A stretch of DNA of 64,000 nt from Auanema rhodensis (taxonomy: Eukaryota > Animalia > Nematoda). Under the pieces are notes generated by a model. The model saw nothing but the letters and a program-made list of their open reading frames with translations, did not search any database and was not told the DNA's origin. Numbering within the stretch: the first letter of the stretch is position 1; every line of letters begins with the position of its first letter. The stretch covers positions 8,060,001 to 8,124,000 of the forward strand of contig OZ059896.1 of assembly GCA_964057225.1 (NCBI GenBank), in the 5' to 3' direction. Position numbers and translations under genes: made by a program. Positions 14,501-27,157 of the stretch are shown here, piece by piece.

Positions 14501-14819
14501 TTCATTAAATCCTTTTAAGATAATGAAATGAATGAGGCGAACGAAAATGAAGAGCCAATTGAATTAGAACATGAAAACGATGATAACCCGAGTAACGATG
14601 ATACGTCAAATCCTGATAAGACTGATGAATCGGTATGAATTATAGTCTGTTCTTTATCAATGTGTACTACAGGAAGCTTCAATGGCTGAATTGTTTCGTT
14701 GGAGGCACTTTTCTCCAGAATCTCATGACACATGGGCGCTCTTTTGCAATCAAGCAGGTTTGCAGTCCTCATCTCTGACTGAAATCACGTACGCGTTCCA
14801 ACTTTCCTCGAACTTTTGA
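11555..14819 (+). CDS. RAD54B: RAD54B/Rdh54-like SNF2-family DNA translocase, many exons
   Basis: N-terminal [10 protein letters not shown] (RAD54B/Rdh54-type), [29 protein letters not shown] and [43 protein letters not shown]. Confidence 0.92.
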
Positions 14820-15131
14820 TCTCTTTTCTGAAAATTCATACAACTTAACATGTCATTGAGTTATTGATTTCTCTATTTTCCAATTGGTCGTGACTGTTAA
14901 ATATATCTTCATGCATGTTTTTCAACTGTTGTAATCGAATTGTGTATAAACTAGACAACCACAATAGACTGGTTTTGTAAATTAATTTAATGATAAAAAA
15001 AATATTTCAAAACTTTGTCTCATTAATTTGTTCAATTATTAACAATTGTCTTGCTCAAGATACTTCAATATAGTAGTCTCAGAAGATATTAGCATCTATG
15101 CTCTATTTGTTTCGGAGAGATGGTTTGTCGC

Positions 15132-15203
15132 GGTTCCATGGTGTAGCGGTTAGCACTCAGGACTTTGAATCCTGCGACCCGAGTTCAAATCTCGGTGGAA
15201 CCT
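15132..15203 (+). tRNA. tRNA-Gln (anticodon TTG)
   Basis: 72-nt cloverleaf GGTTCCATGGTGTAGCGG...CAGGA CTTTGAA TCCTG...GTTCAAATC...GGAACCT, with a T-run terminator downstream. Confidence 0.97.
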
Positions 15204-15986
15204 TCTCTTTTTTGCGTTTTGAATTGTTATCATATTGATGGCTTTGAAGTGTGCGTTATAGCAGAAACAAGATCTAGACATTATTTGTTTTTTGCTTTTT
15301 CCTTTGGTCTCTTGAAAGAAACTATTTGCTCTGGTACTTCGAATTGTTTCACAATTCTTAATGTTATTAGCTATCATTCTAAGCTGTTCTCAATATGGGT
15401 TTCCATCAGATAAAACATTTTAGAAAGTGTTCGATTGAGTATCGATCGTTTGTATTGTAACGTGTTCTCTTGTTTAAAATCCTTTTCATCTAGATTTGTC
15501 GACAACTACATAAGAACATGTACACAGAACAACGAAGAGAAGAATTTGTTAAATAGTGTAGTCAATTTATAGTTGTTTGTGTCTACCTGAAACATTTTGG
15601 ATTTTGTGAACAATTGTATACATATGTATACTATATTACGTTTATGTATTTGCGGAGAAAACTACTTTCTCTTATCAACTTTCTTCGAATGATATAGATT
15701 ATAGAGAGCATACCAACCATGAACTGTCTTTCACCTTTTTTTGTTTTTATCTTAATCAGTTCTCTCAAAATGTGTGGTCAATGTGGCCTATCTAACGAAC
15801 ACTAGTCTTTACGTATGCAATTACTATAGTCCATAGTGGCCTTGACATTTCCACCTTTCCTTATATTTCTTTTGGAGCTGCATCTTACCTTTTCGTATTT
15901 TGTTTACTGATTACATGTTGTATCCTTGTTTTATATCAGAAATTAAAATTTTTTTGCACGACTAATTCATTATTACTTATAGAACT

Positions 15987-17265
15987 ATGTCCGCTCTTGG
16001 ACCTATAGCCGGTGTATTAGGAGGATGTATGGGTTGCATGGTTGTGGTCGAAAATATAGCGAAGTAAAATATTTAATTTATTTCACACTGAAACATTTAT
16101 GATTTTAGACAACAACCTTCCGCTATGAATTTGATGACGTTTTCTACTTTTCTATTTATTGCAGTTCATGGGCTTATTTTCACATCTAACTTTTTTACAA
16201 TTAAAAATAAAATACCTCTAAAGTAAGATCGAGCTCTTTTTAATTTGTAGTAATTATTTTAATTCAGGGGATACATACCAACTGTAATCACATTTTTCAC
16301 TGTGAATGTAATTAACAACCAAGCTCTGAATTTCCATGTCCCTGTACCACTACATATTATTTTCCGATCGGTATATTATATCAGTATTGTTTTCATTTAT
16401 TCCAAATCTACAGGGTTCGCTTTTGGCTAATATGGTACTAGCCTTTGCCTTAGGAAAGCGTTATAGTAACAGAAAATATATATCCGTTCTTGCCATCACT
16501 GTTGGTATTATTATTTGTACATTAGCATCCAACAGCCTGGAGAAAAATTCTAGTCTTTCAATGGAAGAAGCTTCTAAGCATTACCAAGAATGGATGATTG
16601 GTAAAACGTTTTGAAATTTTTTCTGCTTAATTTGTAATTTTCAGGAATTGGGATGCTCTCTTTTGCTTTGATAGCTTCTGCTTATCTTGCTATTGCTCAG
16701 GAACAAATGTATAAAAATTATGGAAAGCATCCTCAAGAAGCTATGTTCATTATTGTAAGTATCATTTAAATTTTTTTATTTCTTTTTCTTAAACTTTAGC
16801 ATGCTGTTTCACTTCCACTTTTTGCCTTAATGGGATCCGATATCATGGCTTCAGCTGAAAAATTCACTGCCTCAGCCCCTTTAAATCTATTAGGAATTGA
16901 ATTTCCTGTATCATCTCTCTGGGCTAATTTAATTTTGAGTTGCTTCTTACAGTAAGTTATTTTCACAAAGTACATTTTACAATATAATTATAGATACTTT
17001 TGCATTCGATTTGTTTATGAATTAAACTCTCGCGTAGACGCATTAACCGTAACTTTAGTCGTAACCTTACGCAAGTTCCTATCATTAATAGTATCTATTT
17101 GGTGGTTCCAGAACCCTTTCACAGGTAGGCACAAGTTATCTTAAACTATTTATAATATGTATTCTAGGGATGCATTGGTGTGGAGCTATCCTTGTGTTCA
17201 TAGGAACATTGGCATTTGCTGATATCTGGGGATCCGGAAAGTCCCAAGAAAAGAAGAAACAATAA
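15987..17265 (+). CDS. SLC35B4: Nucleotide-sugar transporter SLC35B4/YEA4 family (nstp-2-like)
   Basis: GGCMGCMVVVE, NVINNQALNFHVPVPLHIIFRSGSL, QEQMYKNYGKHPQEAMF and LTVTLVVTLRKFLSL; C-terminal KKKQ resembles an ER retrieval signal. Confidence 0.92.
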
Positions 17266-17664
17266 TCATAGAATTAATATAATAAATTTTTACTTAAAAA
17301 TAACACTCGATTTCTTTCATTGACAGATAAAATAACAAAAAAATGCTAATAACACAGTACGAAACTGTTTTGATTCTTTGTTTCAATGTAATTTCGGAAC
17401 GTTTACTCAGAAAAGAATGAGTAATAAATCAATAGATTAATTACTTGTTGGATATCATGGTACTATTGTCTTAAGACTGAAAAACAACAATAACTATGTT
17501 GTCAGATACCAAATGTTTTCAATTTTTTCAAATCGGTTCACATTTTAAAGAATTGCCTATTGTTTGACACAACCTATAAATACAAGTCATTTATGATCAC
17601 TCCTCACAGCTGTATTAATTCATACTGTTTTTTTTAAAGTATAACCATTTATATTTAAGATTTG

Positions 17665-20410
17665 ATGAAAAATAAAGAAATGACTTTGATTTTGTACCTT
17701 TTGTTGTATCCTTTGGCTACTTTTGGAATAACGAATAGAACTTTCATTATTGACTACTCTAATAATCAATTTTTGAAGGATGGAAAACCTTTTAGGTATG
17801 TTTCTCTGACATAATGCTACTTGTCAATGCGTATTGCTTTTAATTGAATTAGTTTAGATATGTTTCGGGCTCTGTACATTACTTCCGAACTCATCCTGAT
17901 CAATGGGAAGACCGGTTAAAAACGGTTAGGGCTGCTGGTTTGAATGCAATCCAGACATATATTCCTTGGAACTTTCATGAAACATTTAAAGGAGAGTATG
18001 TTGCAAATAATGAGAATTTACTCTACACAATTCTTCCAGATATGACTTCTCTGGAGCCAAAAATTTCACGCGATTTTTTGAAATTGCTCAAGCTTATAAT
18101 CTGATGGTCTTAGTTAGACCAGGACCTTATATATGTGCAGAATGGGAAAATGGAGGTTTGCCATATTGGCTTTTGAAATATCCAAATATCAGTTTGAGGA
18201 CTTCCAATCCTGAGTTAATTTCATTAATATTATTAGGTATAATTATATTTATTCTAGCTATTTGAGAGAAGCCCTTGGATGGTGGGATGTCTTGCTACCA
18301 TTACTCAAACCTCAATTATATCATAATGGTGGCCCAATTATTATGACCCAGGTTTAATTCCGTTTGTTTGCCTAAATATTTTTGTTTAGTTGGAAAACGA
18401 ATATGGAAGTTTTGCTTGTGACAAAGTGTATACATCCAAATTATATGAAAAAGCTGTTGAGAAACTTGGATGGGAAGCAGTATTGTATACCAGTTAGTTT
18501 TTAGAATCATAACTATAAACCTATGTTTGTTTTAATCTAAGCTGATGGACCTAGCCTAGTTGAATGTGGTAAAATCGACAACGTTTTTATTACTGTTGAT
18601 TTTGGAGATTGTGATGAACTTGATGGAGACAAGTATTTTGATATTCAACAGAAAGCAAATCATAATGGCAATTCCTGGTTATATTTAATTTATTAGTTTG
18701 TATCTATTAAGGTGGTCCATTGGTAAATTCAGAATATTACCCAGGATGGTTCGTAACCTGGGGAGAGAAAAAGACCCGAACCATTGTTCCGAAGACTACT
18801 GCACAAGACGGTATATGATATATATCTTATAAAAGGAAATAAGAATGTTTTCAGTCAGCAAAATGACAAGCTTCTTTCACTCTAGAAATGCTTCTTTCAA
18901 TTTCTACATGTTTCATGGTGGCACAAACTTTGGGTTCTGGAATGGAGCTGAAAATTCAGGCCCTGTATGCATAATTTTTTTTCTAATACAGGGCTATTAT
19001 TTTTACAGCTGATCACATCTTACGATTATTGGGCACCCATGACAGAAAATGGTGTTCCTAATAGTAAGTTTAAAGCTGTCAGTGAGGTTATTGCATCTTG
19101 GCCAGATTGGAATAATAAACCTGAACCAGTGCCTGCATTAGAGTAAGATGCATATAACAATTTTAGTTAACACCATCATTTCATAGTCCTGCTATTTCGG
19201 CAAAAGGAGTGTCTTTAACAAAATATGGAAATCTTTTTGATTTCATGCCTGTTCTTGTAAATAAAACTCGGTGCGTCGATAGGACAGCAACTTTCGAAGA
19301 AGTTTGTTATATAAGTATGCTTATATTATATTATCATTTATTAGCTTGACCAAATGTTTGGCTTTGTTAAATATTCTTTCAAATCCCAAGGAACAGGAAA
19401 AATTTTAAACGGAACTAACGTCAAAGACTATGGATTTGTATATGTCAATAAGCAGTTCAAGGTGTTTTCTTTGCATTCATGAAAAACTTACCAACTGTAC
19501 TTTCTAGGGCCGCACCTCTGCTCATCTTAAACCTCTAACTGTTGAGACGGTGGAAATGAATGCACAAACAGGAGATCAAATTGATATCTTGATCGAAAAT
19601 CAAGGGAGAATCACTTATTTAACTCAGAATGATTATAAGGTTGTTTTGACTACAGATTCAATTGTATAAATGTTTCATTTAGGGATTGGTTGGAGATCTT
19701 ATTATAGACAATAAAGTTTATCCAGCAGAAAAAATTAATTCTTGTCCAATAGATATTGAAAAATTGCCTTCAAATATTGTGGAATCTTCTGAGGTATTAT
19801 ATTATAATAAGAAATTAAATATAATAATATTTAGATAACATCAACATTTATGCCTGGTGATATATATCATGGCGAATTTTTCACTTCTCGAACTGGTGAC
19901 ACTCATATCGATATGAGATCATGGGGTAAAGGTGTAGTGTTTGTAAACGGAGTTAACATTGGCCGTTATTGGAGTACATTGGGGCCTCAGGTGAGATTTA
20001 GCTTCTCTCTAATCTTAATGGTAACAGATAGACATTTTAAAACATTATGAAATTTCTTGATGGTAAAACATTATGAAATTTCTTGAGATAATAGATTTCC
20101 TAAAGCGATCGTTGTCTTAAAATGGAAGCTATAAATTAAGAAATATTAAAAAAGAACAAAGTTCGACGATTAAAATTGTTTGCAGATCTAAGGGTTTGAC
20201 ATAGTACCGTACATGTTGTTTAAAATGATAGCGTGATTTTTATACTTCTACTCATTTTCTTTTTTTCAGTATTCACTTTACATACCTGCTCCAATTCTTC
20301 AAAAGAATAATAACATAACAATTATTGAAATGGAGAAACTCAGTACATCTTGTGCTCAGTCAACGAAATACTGTACATTTGATCTTCTTGATAGTGCTAT
20401 CCCGTATTAG
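17665..20410 (+). CDS. Beta-galactosidase, glycoside hydrolase family 35, with signal peptide (alternative start 17680)
   Basis: FLKDGKPFRYVSGSVHYFR, RPGPYICAEWENGGLPYWL, GGPIIMTQLENEYGS (acid/base E), GPLVNSEYYPGW (nucleophile E), NFYMFHGGTNFG and WGKGVVFVNGVNIGRYW. Confidence 0.95.
20038..20086. repeat. Exact 23-bp direct repeat with 3-bp spacer in the last beta-galactosidase intron
   Basis: TAAAACATTATGAAATTTCTTGA-TGG-TAAAACATTATGAAATTTCTTGA. Confidence 0.9.
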
Positions 20411-20788
20411 TTTAGCGGAAAAGTGAGAGCGTAGTTTGTATACTTCTGTCATGCAACATTCTGTTTGATTCATTATTTACCAATATTTAATATTGCTGTT
20501 CGATACATGAAATAAAAATACATCAGATAAGAATCATGAACATAAGAACATTTTATTAAAAAAACTGGCTTGAAAAACTTTTAAATGTACACAAAGGCAG
20601 GTTGCACATAATATGCGGACTAGTATATGAGTGACTTATTTAAGTGCATGAGGAGATAAAATTATTAATTTTTAGCAACATGAGCGAAGTTGGAGGAATT
20701 ATGGCAAATGATCAAATAGCTAAATGACATAACGAATGAAGATCTTTAAGAAACTCGTGGTTAGAATATTTAAATTTGCGATAATTAC

Positions 20789-22758
20789 TCAAGTACGACG
20801 TGCACGTTTTCGGACTTTCTTCTCCACAGGTTTAGATTCAATTCTAGATTCTTGAATGGGTTCGTCATCATACTCAGGTGTATGATCTTGAGATATTACT
20901 TCGATCTTTTCAGTATTGTCCTCTTGGAGTTCTTCTACTGTTTCTTTTTCGAGTTCTAGTGCAGGTTCATCTTCCACGTTTTCCTTTTCTTCTTCAGAAT
21001 TATCCTCCAGGGTGGGCATATCATCATCTACTACTTCATCGGATTCCTTCCATTCCATCGCCTGTTTCTTCTTCTTTTCTTTGTCCTTACGACGTCGAGA
21101 TCTTTCTTTTTGTCGAACTCGTTCTTCTTCTTCTGAATCTGCAGAGGATGCTGATGAATTCAATTCAGAGTCGCTAGTCATATCCTCGTCGCTATCATCC
21201 GCTAAATGACGATCTTTTTCCTTTTCATAAGCTTCAGATAGAACCTAATGTGTTTTTATTATTATATAACGATGGTAAGAAAAAAATGTTTACCTTAAAT
21301 TCTTTAAGTGCTTTCTCCAAATCCCCAATATATTGTTCACTTTCAGCGCTTAATACTGGTTTGGCAGGAACAACTTCTTTTTTCTTAGTATCTTTCTTAG
21401 GTGTTACTTGTTCCATTGCTCCCAAATCTAATCCTTGAGCTTGAACTTGTTCAAGCTGCTCTAAAATTTTAGTCATAGCGTCTTCAGTTTGCCTGAGGCG
21501 TTCCTGTAGCCCTCTTAGTTTTTTCTTGCCTATGATTGAAAAACAATATATTCGAGTTTCGGTCACAACACTAACCTAATTTGCCTGAGAACTGTCCACT
21601 ATTCTCTTCCTCAGACTCTGAATCATCACTCTCAGAACCATAACCACGTCTCTTCTTCTTTTTTTTCGACTGAATATTAAATATATATCTATTTTCTGGA
21701 TGCAAGTAATTTGAAAACCTTGAAAAGTGTATATAATAAGAATATAACAACTCCGACAGTATAAATTGGTAACATCCAGGTAAACATGCCACGACCACCA
21801 CCGGTAGCTTGTTGATTGTCATGCTATAACAGTATAATAGTAAGAGGAGAAAAAACTGTAGTTACCTGAGCAGCTGCCATTCTCATTGCTGGATGATCAT
21901 GTCTAGGACCACCTGTACGAGGACCACCCGGTCCCATTCCTGGATGAATGGGAGGCTTATGAGCTCCATTACTTCTTGATTGGTCTTTACCACCTTAATA
22001 TGAGCTAGTTACCTTTGAAATTTGGGCCCAAACAAGCTAACTAACCGAAAAATCCCATAATCATTGGATGAAATACAGTTGGGTAGAGCATAGCAAAGCA
22101 TACAACGATCACTCCTATCACTAAACCTAACTTCCATCCTGTAAGTAGTATTTATTGAATAGAAACTTTTGTTTAAAATATATATAATATAACTATGTTC
22201 CCGATATCAGATTTACAAGTCTCATCATACAACTAGTTTTATAGTAGAATAGAAAGCTTAAGCTTGGTTTACAATCGAATACACTATTTTCGTACTAATT
22301 TATATAATTTTCTAGCTGGGCATAGCTCAAATTTGCAGATAAAAAATCTTTGCATATTATCAATAAAGTATACTTCCTGCTTAGAGAACTGTAAAAATAA
22401 TGGTAGTTTGCCACTTTATCTTACTCCAACGTTTTTTTCTTATTATTCATAAATGCTATCGTAAAGTTTTAATATTGATTTTCACTTTGAAATGTACATG
22501 CAGTTTCAAATGCTGTACTGAATCGTACGTGAACACTCATACTTCTTATTCACGTTTTGAAGATTTATTCATAATACTACTGAATTATTCGGTACCATTG
22601 TTACTTTAACTTCTTTTAGTTGAAGAAATATTATTTGTTCTTTGATTTCACATAATTTTATTTTTTCTAAATATTTTACCTGATATGCCATCGTCTTCAA
22701 AATCATCTGAACGTTTCCGTTTTCGTCGACGATCACGACCTCTTGATCGTTCAGTCAT
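20789..22758 (-). CDS. ric-3: RIC-3 nicotinic acetylcholine receptor chaperone
   Basis: ISGWKLGLVIGVIVVCFAMLYP (TM1), PPIHPGM/HPAMRMA Pro-rich loop, GMFTWMLPIYTVGVVIFLLYTLFK (TM2), coiled coil LQERLRQTEDAMTKIL and an acidic tail. Confidence 0.95.
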
Positions 22759-24725
22759 TGAATCTGAAAAGCTCTACTAATTATATTAGTGAAAATATAA
22801 ATAGAACAGTGACTTGCAACATTTTTTTCAATCGAAAGAGATAAGATTAAATTTCGAAATTCAAGATAAAATAAATTCATGAATTTTATTAGATAATAAA
22901 GAGCAAGTATAGAGTTTTTTAACATCGAAAAAGAAATCTTGTACATTTTAGTTATTATATAAAACGGAATGTAAGATTTGATTGGAATTGAACTAATAAT
23001 ATATATTTATAATTGAATAGTAAGAGCAGTAATGAAAATAAGACGAACTGACGTTATTCGGTGTTCGCATAAGCATTTAGATATCCTCATTGTGATATAT
23101 ACTTCTACTTACCCTCTTTCTCTCCCACTCTCTCTCATTTCATTAGTTATAGACAACTCACTGCACCAATCGGCCTACCCCCAAATCAATAATGGCCAAT
23201 AGCCGCTGAGAGACCTAGAGAAGAGGAGTGTGTAAAGGACGCAAAGAGAAAGAGAGATGGAGTGCCATACATACATTATGTATTTCATGAAAGTCTTTTG
23301 CTCTATATAGTTAACCCGAAAAATATAATTTTATCGAAAGTTCTTCATGCACAAATTTCATTGTAAATCTCTAAAAATCATCACTTCAACAAATACCAAG
23401 TTAGTTAAAGTTGCAGAATTGTCAAACGAAGAAGCATGATGCCTGAACCCTCTCAACTTTCTATACTATTCGTCTCCAACGTCCGTAGAAGAGGCTGGCC
23501 TAGCTACCTCAGGGTACGTCCGCCTCTTCTGAATCATGTTGCTCAAAGAAAAGAATATTTCTTTCCATTGTAGACATGCTATGACAATAAAATTCAAGTT
23601 GCATTTCTCTTACACCTACACAAATTGTTCTTCTCATTTTTTCAAGATCAATCAGTGTCTTCTCTGCTAGTGCACTGCTTTCTAATGTTTCTGTTGAATT
23701 GTTTCTTCATTTTGAAACTCGCACTTCATATCTTGCCGCGCTTTCTTTTTATTAAAATTTTCTCAACAAACTAACGTTCTTAATCCTTGTCGCTTCCCAT
23801 AAAATAATTTACTTTTTTACTTCTTAATCATTTTGTGATAGGTATCTGGAAGACTGATATGAACATAAGTTAAAAACCTGAACGAAAGTTGCACTCGTGA
23901 CCTATATTGATATGATTACAAAGCTAAAGAGAATGTTTGCTTTCTTTAAGATGTGTCATGACAAATTTTTCGAAAATTAAAAGGAAGAACAAGCTTCTTA
24001 GCCTGTTTTATTTTCTACAATTTTTCATAATTCTAGCTGGTTCTTCTTAATGTCTCATCATTCGAAAGTTCTCTCTCTGTTCACCGCAGCAGATGACAAC
24101 TATCGACTGCCAAAATGTTATGGTGGGTACGCGAATTTACGTGAACTTCCAGTGCATTGCATTGCCTTTTTCACCTGCAAGCTGCAATTCTTTTCCCGTC
24201 CAAGTTTTTAAGTCTTTTATATTATGTTTTCTTTTTGTTCATTCTTGCTTACATATATTTCTTAATGGAGCCAAGTGAACGATTGTCACTTTTGGCTAAT
24301 GCTTTTCGTTTTATCCAATTTGCAAAACTTGATTGGGCTCGTTGAGCGCAGAATATCTTTGCATTTCTGTGAACTTCTAGTTTTTACTGCCAGCTTTTCA
24401 TGATGGCAAGCTGTCTGCGTTTGCCACATCGATGAGTATGCTTGATTAGTATCATTATTAATTCTTATGTACCTTATAAAATTTTCTACACTAACCTCAC
24501 CAACATTGATGTATATATACGAAAAATGTTAAGGTTCTTGATTAACATTAAGCAAAATCTCAGCTTCTAAATCCTTTTTCACTCATTTTCCGGGCATCAT
24601 AGTTTAATTGGCAAATGATTTTCAGTCATATATTGCATCTCATTGAAAATGGCTTCCGCAGCCTCTCTTTCATTTATTTTCCTTTTGCCTTTACAATTGA
24701 TCTATGCCTTTATTCTATTTTAGCT

Positions 24726-26746
24726 ATGGGGGAAGAGGATTCAACTGAAGTCCGACAACGTCATGTTGAAAAAGAAAGAAAACCAATGACCGATGACAGT
24801 GATTTGGATGCCATATTACAAGATGAAGATAGGTACGAGATCACTATATGTTCTAATATTGTATTAATCAGAATCAGTTATTTATTTAATATATGTTTAA
24901 CCTGTTTCTTTAGTGATTCTCAAAGAACCGAAACTCTTAAAGAGAATACGTAAGTTAAATGTTGTGTAGCGAGTGTTGTGAAATATAAAAATAATACGTA
25001 TGATGAGAAAAATTGTAATTAGTTGATCTCATTCATTTTCAGGCTCGAGAAATTAACTAAAGTAATACCTCAAGATTCTGGTAGTTTGGGAGCTACACTT
25101 GATACTCTTTTGTCAACTTTGCCTCCAAGGTAAACTATAAATATTTCTTTTGCTAGTTAACATGTTTAGATGGAGAAACTGGGTTGTTCGAGGAGTGTTC
25201 ACAGTTATAATGGTATCTACCTTTATGTTCATTGTAAATCGTGGTTTGCCTTGGCTTATGGGCTTGGTTAGTTAATTTCTTTAATTTTACTAAATTTATT
25301 CATCAACATAATTCTATAATTATTCAACATTATACAACTAATTATTTTTTATACTTTGTTTAGGTATTCATCATTCAAGTGAAATGTTTCCAAGAAATTA
25401 TTAGTATCGGTCTAGCTGTTTATCGGTTGTATGATTTTCCGTGGTTCCGAGCACTTTCCTGGTAAGTTAACTGCTATATTCTCATTTAATTTCTGCTTCA
25501 AAGGTACTTCCTGCTTACTAGTAATTATTTCTTCTTTGGAGAAAGTTTGATTGATTATTGGGCTATTCTTCTTCGGAAAGATGTAAGTGTTTATCTTATA
25601 AATTATTATTTTATTTTATTTTTTTAAGAATTTTCTTCAATTTCTTGTTTCTTACCATAGACTAATCAGCTTTGGTCTCTATTGTGTCGGCTTTGTATCG
25701 TTTGTTTTATCCCTTCGCAAAGGTTATTACATGCGACAATTTTCGTTGGTCAGTCCGTGTTATTTGTATGGTTTTGACGCTTTTATTTAGTTTGCTTGGA
25801 CTCATATTAGTTTACTTATCATTGTGAGCCAATCATTTTTAATCATTAAAAACATCTTCCAAGGCCTTATTTGGTATTCCTTTTTTTCCAGTATTTATAG
25901 TAGTATTATTTATATCAGGTTTTTGGCTCCTGTAGCAATGATCATTTGCTGTGATGTAATGTCTTACATGTTTGGCTTTTTCTGGGGTAAAACTCCTTTG
26001 ATCAAGCTCTCACCTAAAAAGACTTGGGAAGGATTCATCGGAGGAGCATTCAGCACAGTCATTTTTGGAATTTTGGTGATTTTGTTTATATCTGAAATTT
26101 CACATAAATAACGTTAACATTCAGTTATCCTATGCTCTCTGCTCTCGTCCTTTCTTCGTGTGTCCTGTGGAAGATTACTTCATTGATAATACCAATTGTT
26201 CTATTCCTTCATCGTTCCAAGTACAGGTGTTCGATCTACCACGTCCCCTTTCATGGATTTTCAAAGTTCTAAGGTATTGCTGATTTTTAAATACATATAT
26301 CTAAGACATTATATTAGGATGAGCTCACAAGTATCGTTCACTCCATTTGTGATTCATTCGATTGTTATGGCTTTATTCGCTAGTTTGTTGGGACCGTTTG
26401 GAGGATTTTTCGCCAGTGGATTCAAGAGAGCATTCAAAATAAAGGTATTTTTTCATGATAATGATATGTAGGAATATACTTTGCCAGGATTTCGGAGATG
26501 TTATTCCCGGACATGGAGGCTTAATGGATCGTTTCGATTGTCAACTTTTAATGGGAACATTTGTTAATGTATACATTCATTCATTTATAAGGTTACAATC
26601 AATTTTTATTTTATTTTCTTATTTGAATATTTAGAAATCCTGTCCCTGCTAGGCTAGTGAGCCAAATTCTAATGTTGCGCCCGGATGACCAACTGAGCGT
26701 TTACTATACATTAGAAAGTGAGCTTTCTAAAGCTGGATTAATTTAA
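24726..26746 (+). CDS. cdgs-1: Phosphatidate cytidylyltransferase (CDP-DAG synthase)
   Basis: [29 protein letters not shown] and [31 protein letters not shown]. Confidence 0.96.
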
Positions 26747-27157
26747 AAGATCACAGTTTATGTTTTAACATGTTCTCGCATCAATGTACCCAGATCATCA
26801 TTTATAATAATGGTAGCACGCTTAGTTTTACATATGGGGGCTTTAATATGTAGAAAACGAAGAAAGTAACCTTAAGAAACCTTGGCTAAAGTTCCTACTT
26901 GTAGATAAAATCTATTATTTTTCTAATAAGGATGTCCTTCCCCGACGTTTCATGCTTAAAATTTTGTTGAGTTTTTTCCTTTAAATGATTCCACATTATA
27001 ATTTCCGAGTTGTGACAAAACCAGAAGTTGTACATAGATTGTCCTCTTTGCTACATAAAGATTTTAATAAGTTGCCCATAGTGATCATCATGTTTTTGTT
27101 ACATTTTTATTTGATCTAAAATGAGTTTTATAATTTGTCTCATTGCTTTAGATATTA

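Noticed and set aside
20878-21209. Plus-strand Ser-rich ORFs
   Set aside because: Antisense shadows of the acidic ric-3 last exon.
23487-23530. Hairpin AGAAGAGGC/GCCTCTTCT containing TGAGGTAG (let-7 seed) on the minus strand
   Set aside because: The seed starts in the loop rather than on an arm, and there is no complementary star arm for a 5p let-7-type miRNA.
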